Shown: piece by piece, positions 31,033-40,251 of the stretch
Numbering within the stretch: position 1 is the stretch's first letter
How the letters are laid out: each line of letters begins with the position of its first letter
Virus record (IMG/VR): IMGVR_UViG_3300036964_000424
Span: 1-64,000 of that record
Direction: 5' to 3' (one strand)
From: a virus
Taxonomy: Duplodnaviria > Caudoviricetes
Length of the DNA stretch: 64,000 bases
Notes under the pieces: generated by a model
The model's database searches: none
What the model saw: the letters and a program-made list of their open reading frames with translations, nothing else
What the model was told of the DNA's origin: nothing
Position numbers and translations under genes: made by a program

Positions 31033-31662
31033 ATGGCAGTTGTAAATATGAGTGTGCATCGTGGTTTATCAGAGTTGAAACTATATGCTAACAAAATTGC
31101 AAGTTTAAATTCTGAGCCATTTGTTGTTGCCAACAAACAATCAAACAAAACTATTGGTGGTAGATCGATTGAAGATGTAAATAACTTAATTAAAGGTAAT
31201 TTTGATAGTATGGTTGCATTGATTGAAAATAGAAAACGAATTAAAGATGCTATTGTAAAATCAAACGCTGCAACCAATGTTACAATTGCTGGGAAAATAA
31301 TGACAGTTGCTGAAGCTATTGAGCGTAAAGCATCTATAGAATTTGAGAGGAATTTTCTTAGAATTTTACAGGATCAATTTTCACAGCAAAATAATATTGT
31401 TGAACAACAAAATCTGCAATTACCGACTAAACTTGAAACATTCTTGCAATCAACACTTGGAGAAAAAAGAGACGTTGCTACGGTAAAGGATTTGACAAAA
31501 ACATTTGAAGACAATAATAAATATGTTTTGATTGATCCTAATCATATTCAAGATTATATTCAAGCCCTCGATAAAAGTATTAATGAGTTTGCGTCACAAG
31601 TAGATTATACTTTATCTGAAAGTAATGCAACAACATTTTTTGATGTAGAATTAGTTGATTAA
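31033..31662 (+). CDS. Coiled-coil protein (resembles DIP1984-like phage proteins)
   Basis: GLSELK...I, IVKSNA.T.V.I.G..MTVAEAI, IDP, VDYTLSESNA.T. Confidence 0.7.
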   Translation: MAVVNMSVHRGLSELKLYANKIASLNSEPFVVANKQSNKTIGGRSIEDVNNLIKGNFDSMVALIENRKRIKDAIVKSNAATNVTIAGKIMTVAEAIERKASIEFERNFLRILQDQFSQQNNIVEQQNLQLPTKLETFLQSTLGEKRDVATVKDLTKTFEDNNKYVLIDPNHIQDYIQALDKSINEFASQVDYTLSESNATTFFDVELVD

Positions 31663-31667
31663 ATAGA

Positions 31668-31969
31668 ATTGTGCTGGTTATGCGAAAACCAAAAATATTA
31701 TTGTCGTCTGGCATAAACGTTATTATGCCACACCATTGATTATGGACAAATCCATTGCAGAATTGTAAATTTTGTTACTCTATTCTTGCACAGAGTTTGT
31801 TTCAAAAATCAAAGGTAAAAGATTAAAGGACAAAACACAAACATCATATTGTCAAGATTGAAAATTGAAAGATATAAAGAACAAGAATCTTTTAAATCTT
31901 TGATAAATGGTTTAGGTGATACAATAATGTAACCGTTGGTTATCCACAAAGCTGTATAATCAGCACAAT
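31668..31969 (+). ncRNA. Putative ~300-nt structured RNA with heptamer array
   Basis: 16-bp closing stem 31668-31683/31954-31969 with two G-U pairs; internal hairpins; NNNAAAG-type 7-nt periodicity at ~31800-31890. Confidence 0.65.
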
Positions 31970-31974
31970 AATAT

Positions 31975-32045
31975 TGCGGGGTTGAGTAGTGGTTACTCCC
32001 AAGAGTCATAATCTTGTTACATGCGTTCAAATCGCATCCCCGCTA
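31975..32045 (+). tRNA. tRNA with CAU anticodon (Met, initiator-like acceptor stem)
   Basis: TGCGGGG/CCCCGCT acceptor with 1-72 mismatch; CAAGA-GTCATAA-TCTTG; ATGCG-TTCAAAT-CGCAT. Confidence 0.75.
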
Positions 32046-32048
32046 CAT

Positions 32049-32129
32049 GGAGAAGCTGGACATGAGTGAGTCCACCTGACTGTAAATCAGGCGTTAATAC
32101 TGTAAAGGCGCACATACCTTTCTTCTCCA
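32049..32129 (+). tRNA. tRNA-Tyr (GUA)
   Basis: GGAGAAG/CTTCTCC acceptor; CCTGA-CTGTAAA-TCAGG; long variable region; atypical T loop. Confidence 0.7.
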
Positions 32130-32217
32130 CTATTATGTGATATATGTTTTTGTAGCAATTTGTTACGTGGTTTTGTGGTTATAATTTTCTTTATATCGTT
32201 GTAGACAATAATTATAT

Positions 32218-32290
32218 GCTTCTGTACCCAACTGGTTAAGGGAACTCTCTTATAAGGAGCGATATGTTGATTCGAATTCAACCAGAAGCA
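32218..32290 (+). tRNA. tRNA-Ile (UAU)
   Basis: GCTTCTG/CAGAAGC acceptor; CCC/GGG D stem; CTCT-CTTATAA-GGAG; GTTGA-TTCGAAT-TCAAC. Confidence 0.72.
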
Positions 32291-32343
32291 CTTAGGTGAT
32301 GGGGAATATAAGATTTTTTATTTTTTATTTTAGGAGGTAAAGA

Positions 32344-32712
32344 ATGTTTCCATTTTCTGATTTTTTTTGGTTTGATGATAGTGCTTATCGGTTTAATCGC
32401 CCAATGCTTGAACGACAAGGATGGTATAGTAAAGAAAAAGATGGCAAGTTATTATTGCTATTAAATGTATTGGGTGTAAATGAAGATGATTTGAATATTG
32501 AAGTAAAACCTGTTGAAAATAACAAAGAAGTTATTTGTATCAATGGCAAAACTAAGGATGAATTATTTGATAGGGAATTTAGTGTCAATATGAATTTCAT
32601 GATTAGTAAGCCAATGGAACAGGTAAAGACAAGCGCAAAAAATGGACTCCTTATTTTAGAAATAGAGTTCAAAGAGCCTGTAAAATCATCTGTAAAGATT
32701 ATTAAGGGATAA
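32344..32712 (+). CDS. Small heat-shock protein (Hsp20/alpha-crystallin)
   Basis: LGVNEDDLNIEV...I.G...SAKNGLLILEI; AGGAGG RBS. Confidence 0.75.
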   Translation: MFPFSDFFWFDDSAYRFNRPMLERQGWYSKEKDGKLLLLLNVLGVNEDDLNIEVKPVENNKEVICINGKTKDELFDREFSVNMNFMISKPMEQVKTSAKNGLLILEIEFKEPVKSSVKIIKG

Positions 32713-32757
32713 TAATTGTATCCCCATCACCTAAATTTTTTCAGGAAGGATAGTTAA

Positions 32758-33405
32758 GTGGAAAAGAAAATTGTTTGTTTTTCTGATATACACGGGCAAA
32801 TTGATAATAATCTAACTGATTGGTTTAATAGCCATCCTGGGGATATACTTATCTTTGCTGGAGATCAGAAAGGTAGTAGGCTCGAGGATGGCAGTAAATT
32901 CGCATCTTGGATTACTAACTTGCCATATAAATATAAAGTTATAGTTTTTGGAAATCATGATGATAATTACAAAAATGTTCAAGACTACTGTAAAAAATAT
33001 AAAAACATAATATTTTTATATGATGAATTAATTAATTTGTATGGAATAAATATTTACGGGTCACCGTATTCGGTAGCTTTTGGGAATTGGGTATTTCAAA
33101 AATCGGATAAAGATTTGATAAGATTATATGATAGTATTCCTGATAGTACAAACATACTGATTACGCATACGCCAGCATATGGAATTTTAGATAAAACTAT
33201 ATTCGGATATAATGAAGGGAGCCGCAGTTTATTAGATAGAATAGATAAACTTCCTAATCTTAAATATCATATTAGCGGGCATATCCATGAAGGCGGTGGA
33301 AAAATAATAGATGAAGAAAAAAAACGGGTTTATTTGAATGTAAGCTTATTAGACGAGGCGTATCGTTTAGTAAGAAATCCATATGCGTTTATATATAAGA
33401 AATAG
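32758..33405 (+). CDS. Metallophosphoesterase
   Basis: SDIHG, AGD, GNHD, THTP, GHIHE. Confidence 0.9.
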   Translation: MEKKIVCFSDIHGQIDNNLTDWFNSHPGDILIFAGDQKGSRLEDGSKFASWITNLPYKYKVIVFGNHDDNYKNVQDYCKKYKNIIFLYDELINLYGINIYGSPYSVAFGNWVFQKSDKDLIRLYDSIPDSTNILITHTPAYGILDKTIFGYNEGSRSLLDRIDKLPNLKYHISGHIHEGGGKIIDEEKKRVYLNVSLLDEAYRLVRNPYAFIYKK

Positions 33406-33413
33406 AGGTAAAT

Positions 33414-33602
33414 ATGGAACAAGAAGAAGAATATAAAGTAAGTGATGTTGCAGATTTATATTGGGAGAATGTTATGATGATCAAAGAAATTAAAAAATAT
33501 AAGACCGCTTTATCCGAAATAGCTTATCTTGAAAACGAATGGGATGATCCTTTAGATTTTATAAAAGATTTAAAAAATATTGCTAAAAAGGCGTTACAAT
33601 AA
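33414..33602 (+). CDS. Small hypothetical protein
   Basis: GAGG RBS; stop codon lies inside the palindromic site at 33599. Confidence 0.55.
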   Translation: MEQEEEYKVSDVADLYWENVMMIKEIKKYKTALSEIAYLENEWDDPLDFIKDLKNIAKKALQ

Positions 33603-33635
33603 AATGTGCATTTTATCATGTTTAAAGGAGGGTTT

Positions 33636-34376
33636 TTGATACAATTATTACAAGGTGATTGTTTAGAACTAATGAAAGAAGTTCCTGATAAATCTATTGA
33701 TATGATTTTATGTGATTTACCTTATGGTACGACTGCTTGTAAGTGGGATAGCATAATTCCTTTTAAACCATTGTGGGAACAGTACGAGAGAGTTATAAAG
33801 GACAATGGAGCAATCGTATTATTCGGTTCTGAACCATTTAGTAGTGCATTAAGAATGAGTAATATAAAGAGTTATAAATATGATTGGATATGGAAAAAGA
33901 ATAAACCCCAGGGATTTTTAAATGCTAAGAAGATGCCCTTGAAAGACTATGAAAACATTTCCGTATTTGCAAAATCTACTACCACATATAATCCTCAGGG
34001 TTTAATTAAAATTGATAAGGTAATTAAAAATGGTGGCACTAAAAATCCTACAAGCAATAAGGCAAATGGAGATAAAACATCTGCTAACAATGCCATTAAA
34101 AATGAGTTTTATAAACAAGAGAATACTAATTATCCTACACAAGTAATTGAATTTAAAAATAGTGGGAGCAAGCAGGTTCACCCAACCCAAAAACCCGTAG
34201 CACTATTAGAATACCTAATAAAAACATACACTAACGAAGGCGAAACAGTTTTAGATAATTGCATGGGGTCTGGCTCGACTGGAGTAGCTTGTGTCAATCT
34301 GAATAGAAATTTTATTGGTATGGAATTAGACGAAGGTTATTTTAATATAGCCAAGAAACGAATAGAAAAAACGTGA
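33636..34376 (+). CDS. DNA methyltransferase, beta class (N6A/N4C)
   Basis: CDLPYG, HPTQKP, LDNCMGSGST; TTG start after AAAGGAGG. Confidence 0.92.
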   Translation: MIQLLQGDCLELMKEVPDKSIDMILCDLPYGTTACKWDSIIPFKPLWEQYERVIKDNGAIVLFGSEPFSSALRMSNIKSYKYDWIWKKNKPQGFLNAKKMPLKDYENISVFAKSTTTYNPQGLIKIDKVIKNGGTKNPTSNKANGDKTSANNAIKNEFYKQENTNYPTQVIEFKNSGSKQVHPTQKPVALLEYLIKTYTNEGETVLDNCMGSGSTGVACVNLNRNFIGMELDEGYFNIAKKRIEKT

Positions 34377-34425
34377 TAAAAGTAGGATTTTATGATCTAA
34401 AAATAAGCATAAAAGGAAGGTAAAT

Positions 34426-35196
34426 TTGTTAGAATTAAATAAAATTTATTGCATGGATAATATAGAAGGATTAAAGAAATTAGATGATAATAGTATTGAT
34501 TTAACTGTTACTTCGCCACCTTATGATGATTTAAGAAATTATAAAGGCTATACTTTTGATTTTGAAAATTTAGCAAAAGAATTGTATAGGGTCACTAAAG
34601 TAGGAGGAGTAGTAGTGTGGGTGGTTGGTGATGCCACAAAAAACGGAAGTGAATCTGGGACAAGTTTTAAGCAGGCCTTATATTTTACAGAAATTGGCTT
34701 CAATTTGCACGATACAATGATATGGAATAAAGGAGGATTTACTGCTGTTGGTGCACTATCAACAAGATACGCACCAGTTTTTGAATATATGTTTATTTTG
34801 ACAAAAGGTAAAATAAAAACATTCAATCCTATAAAAGACAGAATAACTATAAATGGCGGGAAAAAAGTAAGTGGAACAATACGGCAAAAAGATGGATCAA
34901 CAAAGCCTATGAGTAAAGTTATGACAATCAATAAATACAGTCAGAGATATAATATTTGGAACATAAATCCTCAAAGGCAGAGGGGAAAATATACGCATCC
35001 CGCCGTATTTCCAGAACAATTGGCAGAAGATCATATTCTATCTTGGTCAAATGTGGGCGATATTGTTTTAGATCCATTCATGGGATCTGGTACAACTGCG
35101 AAAATGGCAAGATTAAATAATAGAAACTATATTGGTTTTGAGATATCACCAGAATATTGTGATATCGCAGAAAAAAGATTAGAACAAATACGATAA
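34426..35196 (+). CDS. DNA methyltransferase, beta class (SPPY, probably N4C)
   Basis: TSPPY, HPAVFP, LDPFMGSGTT. Confidence 0.92.
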   Translation: MLELNKIYCMDNIEGLKKLDDNSIDLTVTSPPYDDLRNYKGYTFDFENLAKELYRVTKVGGVVVWVVGDATKNGSESGTSFKQALYFTEIGFNLHDTMIWNKGGFTAVGALSTRYAPVFEYMFILTKGKIKTFNPIKDRITINGGKKVSGTIRQKDGSTKPMSKVMTINKYSQRYNIWNINPQRQRGKYTHPAVFPEQLAEDHILSWSNVGDIVLDPFMGSGTTAKMARLNNRNYIGFEISPEYCDIAEKRLEQIR

Positions 35197-35242
35197 AATG
35201 TGGATTTTATGATCTAAAAATAAGCATAAAAGGAAGGTAAAT

Positions 35243-36019
35243 TTGTTAGAATTAAATAAAATTTATTGTATGGATAATGTGGAAGGAATGAATTTGTTAG
35301 ATGAAAATAGCGTTGATTTAACAGTTACTAGTCCGCCATATGATAATCTGAGAAGCTATAAAGGGTTTCAATGGAATTTTGAGAATGTTGCAAAACAATT
35401 ATATAGGATTACAAAAATAGGTGGTGTTGTAGTTTGGGTAGTTGGGGATTCTGTTATAAATGGATCAGAATCCGGAACGTCTTTCAAACAAGCATTATAT
35501 TTCAAAGAGATTGGTTTTAATCTTCATGATACAATGATATATGAAAAGTGTGGAAATCTTCCAGCAAAAAATAGATATATACAATCTTTTGAATATATGT
35601 TTATATTCTCAAAAGGAAAACCAAAAACGGCCAACATAATTAAAGATAGAAAAAATAACTGGGGAGGTAGTAAAACATTTGGGAAATCTTCATTTAGAAA
35701 TAAAGATGGCACGCTGACAATAGGGAGGCAAAGAGAAATTGCAGAATATGGTAGCAGAACAAATATTTGGAAATATGCCAATGGGTATGGGTTTGGGCAA
35801 AAAGATAAAATAGCTTACCAACATCCTGCCACCTTCCCCGAACAACTAGCAATAGACCATATATTGACATGGTCGAATGAAGGAGACATTGTTCTTGATC
35901 CGTTTCTTGGTAGCGGTACAACTGCAAAAGAAGCTAAACTATTAGGGAGGAATTATATAGGATTTGAAGTTTCTCAAGAATATTGTGATATTGCAAATAA
36001 AAGAATTGAAAACTTATAA
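35243..36019 (+). CDS. DNA methyltransferase, beta class (SPPY), paralog of 34426
   Basis: TSPPY, HPATFP, LDPFLGSGTT; middle segment differs from paralog. Confidence 0.92.
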   Translation: MLELNKIYCMDNVEGMNLLDENSVDLTVTSPPYDNLRSYKGFQWNFENVAKQLYRITKIGGVVVWVVGDSVINGSESGTSFKQALYFKEIGFNLHDTMIYEKCGNLPAKNRYIQSFEYMFIFSKGKPKTANIIKDRKNNWGGSKTFGKSSFRNKDGTLTIGRQREIAEYGSRTNIWKYANGYGFGQKDKIAYQHPATFPEQLAIDHILTWSNEGDIVLDPFLGSGTTAKEAKLLGRNYIGFEVSQEYCDIANKRIENL

Positions 36020-36149
36020 TCAAACGAAGAATTTATTTAATTATATTCTTGACAAATTGTCATAAATATGGTAATATTATTTAATAAAAGGTTGATTAAA
36101 GAAATAAAGAAATATAAGAATGCTTTATCTGATAAAAGGATGAATAAAT

Positions 36150-36347
36150 ATGTATAACAATAGAAAATTTTTAAACAAGAACTGGACAGAATTTAATGGG
36201 TCAACTATTATAGATGCGCGTGATTATACAAATGATAATTGTTCAACCTTTAAAGAATATTGTTGTTATGTGCCTGTATATATAGATACAAGAGCATATA
36301 CAATAATAGAACTGTTTGAGAGATTTTATATAAAAAAGGATCAATAA
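36150..36347 (+). CDS. Small hypothetical protein
   Basis: ORF whose stop lies inside the site at 36344. Confidence 0.4.
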   Translation: MYNNRKFLNKNWTEFNGSTIIDARDYTNDNCSTFKEYCCYVPVYIDTRAYTIIELFERFYIKKDQ

Positions 36348-36385
36348 AATGAAGATTTTATTAAGTTTGTGAAGGATGGATACAT

Positions 36386-37162
36386 TTGAACATATATTAC
36401 AAAGATGATTTATGTATGTTAATACAAGGAGATTGTATTGATGTAATGCATGAATTAATTGAATCCGGATTAAAATTTGATGCTATAATTACTGATCCTC
36501 CATATGGAACTACCGCTTGTAAATGGGATAGTATAATACCTTTTGATAAAATGTGGGAGAGATTAAAATTAATACGGTATGATAAAACACCTATAATATT
36601 ATTTGGATCAGAACCTTTTACTAGTAATCTACGCCTGAGTAATATTGAAGAATATAAATATGATTGGTATTGGTATAAAAATAAACCAAGTGGTGCTATG
36701 ACAGCTAAAATTCAACCTATGAAAGCAATTGAAAATTTAAGTGTATTTTATAAATCACCACCTAATTATACCCCACAAATGAAAGAACGAACTGAAGCAG
36801 AATTAAAAAGACTTTCTAAAAAATCTGTATATACATGTTCAACAGAAATTGATAATCGAAAATGGGGGAAGAGTGGGAATAGAGATGATAATAAATTAAA
36901 ATATCCTAATAACGTATTAGAGATTAAGACAGTTTTTAATAGAAGCAAAGAAAAAGTTGCACATAGTACGCAAAAACCAGTTGAACTTATGGAATACCTA
37001 ATTAAAACATATACAAATGAAAATGAACTTATATTAGATTTTACTTGCGGTTCAGGAACAACATTAATTGCCGCAAGAAATCTTAAAAGAAAATGTATCG
37101 GTATTGAATTAGAAGAAAAATATTGTGAAATTGCAAAAAATAGATTAGAAAATTTATTATAA
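36386..37162 (+). CDS. DNA methyltransferase, beta class (DPPY)
   Basis: TDPPYG, HSTQKP, LDFTCGSGTT. Confidence 0.92.
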   Translation: MNIYYKDDLCMLIQGDCIDVMHELIESGLKFDAIITDPPYGTTACKWDSIIPFDKMWERLKLIRYDKTPIILFGSEPFTSNLRLSNIEEYKYDWYWYKNKPSGAMTAKIQPMKAIENLSVFYKSPPNYTPQMKERTEAELKRLSKKSVYTCSTEIDNRKWGKSGNRDDNKLKYPNNVLEIKTVFNRSKEKVAHSTQKPVELMEYLIKTYTNENELILDFTCGSGTTLIAARNLKRKCIGIELEEKYCEIAKNRLENLL

Positions 37163-37248
37163 AATAATGTACACTTTTAATCTTGACAAATTGTCATAAA
37201 TATGGTAATATTATTTAATAAAAGAAGGGAGATTGGAAAATTATATAT

Positions 37249-37812
37249 ATGGAAATAACTAAATTAGCCGAACATGGATATGAAGAAAGTGCTATTGGAT
37301 TCAGCTTATCATATAATTCTACTAGTACTAGAGCAAAAGAAATATTCCCGAAATATGCTTGGGGTAAACGTGGTGAATCTAAATTTTTAGAAAGCATATA
37401 CTTGTGGCTAGATATAAATGCCCCACGCTTTTGGTGGAGCGAAGCGGATACTTATCGGATGAGTAGCAAGCAAAGTTCGTCTACTATGCACACGCTAGCC
37501 AAAACAGAATTAACAAATAATAATTTTGAATATCCGATAGATGAAGATTATTTAAAAATTCTAAATGATTTACGATTGAAAACATTGAAAGGAGAAATTA
37601 AAATAGAAATTTTGAAGAATGCTTTGCCAGAAGGATTTTTGCAAAGAAGAATCTGGGTAATGAATTATAAGTGCTTGCAAAATATTTATATCCAGCGATG
37701 CAATCATAGATTGCCCCAATGGAAATATTTTTGCAACGAAATTGTAAAGATTGTAGATCATCCTGAATTTATTCTAATGCCAAAAGAAAAGGAGAATCAA
37801 AATATAATGTAA
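37249..37812 (+). CDS. ThyX-like phage protein
   Basis: APRFWWSEADTYR, SSSTMH, NALPEGFLQRR, QRCNHRL; canonical RHR motif not seen. Confidence 0.55.
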   Translation: MEITKLAEHGYEESAIGFSLSYNSTSTRAKEIFPKYAWGKRGESKFLESIYLWLDINAPRFWWSEADTYRMSSKQSSSTMHTLAKTELTNNNFEYPIDEDYLKILNDLRLKTLKGEIKIEILKNALPEGFLQRRIWVMNYKCLQNIYIQRCNHRLPQWKYFCNEIVKIVDHPEFILMPKEKENQNIM

Positions 37813-37894
37813 TTTATTTATAAAAAATTTTATGTATCGTAGAATATATTTTGAGATTGCAAATTGTAAAACTAAATAATAAGGAGATTAATAT

Positions 37895-38896
37895 ATGGCA
37901 GAAGTAATGGTTTTGAAAAAGGCACAGCGAAAGCAAGCTAAATTAAAATTAGGGATAAGCGCCCCTGCCGGCGGTGGCAAAACACTTGGGGCGTTATTAA
38001 TTGCTTACGGATTGATGAAAGAAAAATATCCGCAATTAAAAGATGAAGATTTGTGGAATAAAATTGTAATTATAGATAGTGAGAATGGATCGGGGGAACT
38101 TTATGTTGGGAGTGTTATTGATAATGTAAAAATTGGAACTTATAATGCCGTAACATTAACTCCACCTTTTGAAGCTGATAAGTACACTTCCGCTATTGAA
38201 ATGTGTTATAATGCTGGGATGGAAGTTGCTATTATAGACAGCGTGACACATTTATGGTCTGGGTCAGGAGGCTTGCTTGAACAACAAAACAGTATAGCTA
38301 AACGAACAGGGAACTCCTATACATCATGGCGAGATATAACCCCACAGCACAATCGCTTTGTAGAAGCAATGTTACAAACAGATATGCATATTATAGCAAC
38401 TATGCGAAGCAAGGTAGATTATGTGCAGGAAAAAGATCCTAGTACGGGTAAAACCATTGTTCGCAAAGTAGGATTAAATCCTATTGCTAAAGAAGGCATG
38501 GATTATGAGTTTACTGTATTCTTGGAAATTGATGCGGAACATAACGCTTTCGGATCAAAAGATCGTACTGGAGTAGTAGACCAAAAATATTTCAAAATTA
38601 CGCCCAAAATTGGGGCAGAATTAATGAATTGGCTGGAAAGTGGTACAACAGAAAAGGAGACTGTAGTTGCTGAAGCAGAAGTAGTTTCTGCAGAAACTAA
38701 AAAAGAAAATGCAATAAAAGAGCTTCAACAAAAAGTAATTAATAGATGTGTAGAATTAGGAGGAAGCAAAAATACTGCATTGATGGCAATTGTTAAAGAA
38801 TACGAACCTTCTGGGAATACGAACAGAATTAAAGATGCTTCAAAACTTGAAGAATTGTTAGCTAAATTAAATACATTAGAAATAGAGGATAAATAA
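37895..38896 (+). CDS. AAA_24/Sak4-like ATPase (single-strand annealing recombinase)
   Basis: APAGGGKT, IIDSENGS, IIDSVTHLW, ATMRSK, YEF, KDRT; upstream of SSB. Confidence 0.8.
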   Translation: MAEVMVLKKAQRKQAKLKLGISAPAGGGKTLGALLIAYGLMKEKYPQLKDEDLWNKIVIIDSENGSGELYVGSVIDNVKIGTYNAVTLTPPFEADKYTSAIEMCYNAGMEVAIIDSVTHLWSGSGGLLEQQNSIAKRTGNSYTSWRDITPQHNRFVEAMLQTDMHIIATMRSKVDYVQEKDPSTGKTIVRKVGLNPIAKEGMDYEFTVFLEIDAEHNAFGSKDRTGVVDQKYFKITPKIGAELMNWLESGTTEKETVVAEAEVVSAETKKENAIKELQQKVINRCVELGGSKNTALMAIVKEYEPSGNTNRIKDASKLEELLAKLNTLEIEDK

Positions 38897-38897
38897 T

Positions 38898-39275
38898 ATG
38901 AGTTTAGGGATCCGTGAAGGGCAAATCGTAAAAGTTTGGTCTTGGGAAGATAAAGGCAAATATGCTGTTGTGCGTATGAGCAGTAGCCGAAAAGATAAAA
39001 TAACTGGGGAATATAAATCATCTAATTGGGCGTTTGTCCGCTTTGTTGGTGAAGCCTATAATAAAATAAAAAACGGGGAACTTAATGAAGGCGATTTGAT
39101 TGAATTGCATGGATGCACAATTAGTTTAGAAAGTTATGTTGACAACAAAATAAAAAAGTATCCCAAATTCCCTTCTATCGTTGTTTTTAACTGGGTACCA
39201 TGCGAAAGTAAAGCCCCCGTAAATAATAATGCTACAGATACAGAAGATATGGACGATGAGAATATTCCTTTTTAG
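38898..39275 (+). CDS. ssb: Single-stranded DNA-binding protein
   Basis: OB-fold-sized protein with acidic tail DDENIPF. Confidence 0.75.
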   Translation: MSLGIREGQIVKVWSWEDKGKYAVVRMSSSRKDKITGEYKSSNWAFVRFVGEAYNKIKNGELNEGDLIELHGCTISLESYVDNKIKKYPKFPSIVVFNWVPCESKAPVNNNATDTEDMDDENIPF

Positions 39276-39301
39276 TCTTATTAATAATTAAACAATAAAA
39301 C

Positions 39302-39338
39302 AATAGGAATGATTAATATCATATTAATCATTCCTATT
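39302..39338. terminator. Long hairpin, probable terminator
   Basis: AATAGGAATGATTAATAT-C-ATATTAATCATTCCTATT. Confidence 0.6.
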
Positions 39339-39376
39339 TGTAAAATAAAATTTTTGGTAGTATAATTTGGGGGAAG

Positions 39377-40237
39377 ATGAATAACTTTTTATATCAAGCA
39401 TTACTATATTTAGATTTAGGGTGGTGGGTATTTCCTTGCAGGGAGAAGCCTGGAAAGCCATATATTGATAAACTTGGCAAGCTAAAAATGAGTAAAGAAA
39501 AGAGCCCCTATGTTAAAAACGGCTTTAAAGATGCATCGAACGATCCTTATCAGATTAAAGAATGGTGGAATAGATGGGAAAATGCTTGTATAGGAGTTTC
39601 ATGTGAACATTCTGGATTATTTTTAATTGATATTGATGTTAAAAATGGGAGAAAAGGCATAGATAATTATATGCAATTAGGAATATCAGATTCGGGTGCT
39701 TTGCATAGCAGAACACCTTCAAAAGGATTGCATATTCTATTTCAAGGCAGGGGTAAATCAAGCACAAATATTATTACAGGTATAGATACAAGGGGCGATG
39801 GAGGCTATTTCATTGCACCTCCTTCTGAAATAATAGGTGGTATAGTCCCTGGGAAATATGTGGCATTAGATAATTGGGATCATAATCCAGAAAAAATTAA
39901 TGATTACGATATTGAAAAATTAAACTTGGAACCTAAAAAGACTAGTGCTGGAAAGAAATCAATATTCCCCAAAAATATAAAAAACAATCAGGATGATATT
40001 CAAAAAGCTAAAAATGCTTTAGAAAATTTGCCAAGTTATATGGTAGATAATTATCAAGATTGGATTAATATAGGAATGAGTTTATATAGTTTAGGGTATG
40101 AAGGTATGAATCTTTGGAAAGAATGGAGCAAAAAGTCTTCCAAATATGAAGAAGGCATATGCGAAGAAAAATGGGAAACCTTTTCCCCCGATGAAATTAC
40201 ATTGGGATCATTGTTTTACTATTCAAAAGAAAATTAA
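39377..40237 (+). CDS. Bifunctional primase-polymerase with PriCT-2 domain
   Basis: VFPC, DAS.D..QI..WW, IDID, TPSKGLH, IDTRG.GGY; Y..WI.IGM.L...W..WS. Confidence 0.85.
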   Translation: MNNFLYQALLYLDLGWWVFPCREKPGKPYIDKLGKLKMSKEKSPYVKNGFKDASNDPYQIKEWWNRWENACIGVSCEHSGLFLIDIDVKNGRKGIDNYMQLGISDSGALHSRTPSKGLHILFQGRGKSSTNIITGIDTRGDGGYFIAPPSEIIGGIVPGKYVALDNWDHNPEKINDYDIEKLNLEPKKTSAGKKSIFPKNIKNNQDDIQKAKNALENLPSYMVDNYQDWINIGMSLYSLGYEGMNLWKEWSKKSSKYEEGICEEKWETFSPDEITLGSLFYYSKEN

Positions 40238-40251
40238 ATCTGGAGGGCATA

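Noticed and set aside
32130-32217. Fourth tRNA or tRNA-associated HDV-like ribozyme
   Set aside because: No cloverleaf or nested double pseudoknot could be built.
33599-36361. Classical integron (IntI/attC)
   Set aside because: No RYYYAAC...GTTRRRY attC hairpins seen and neither recombinase shows an obvious IntI insertion; if this is a cassette system it is of another kind.
37159-37180. Further ATAAAA-N6-TTTTAT site after the 36386 MTase (also 7546)
   Set aside because: Arms or spacing too degenerate to count.
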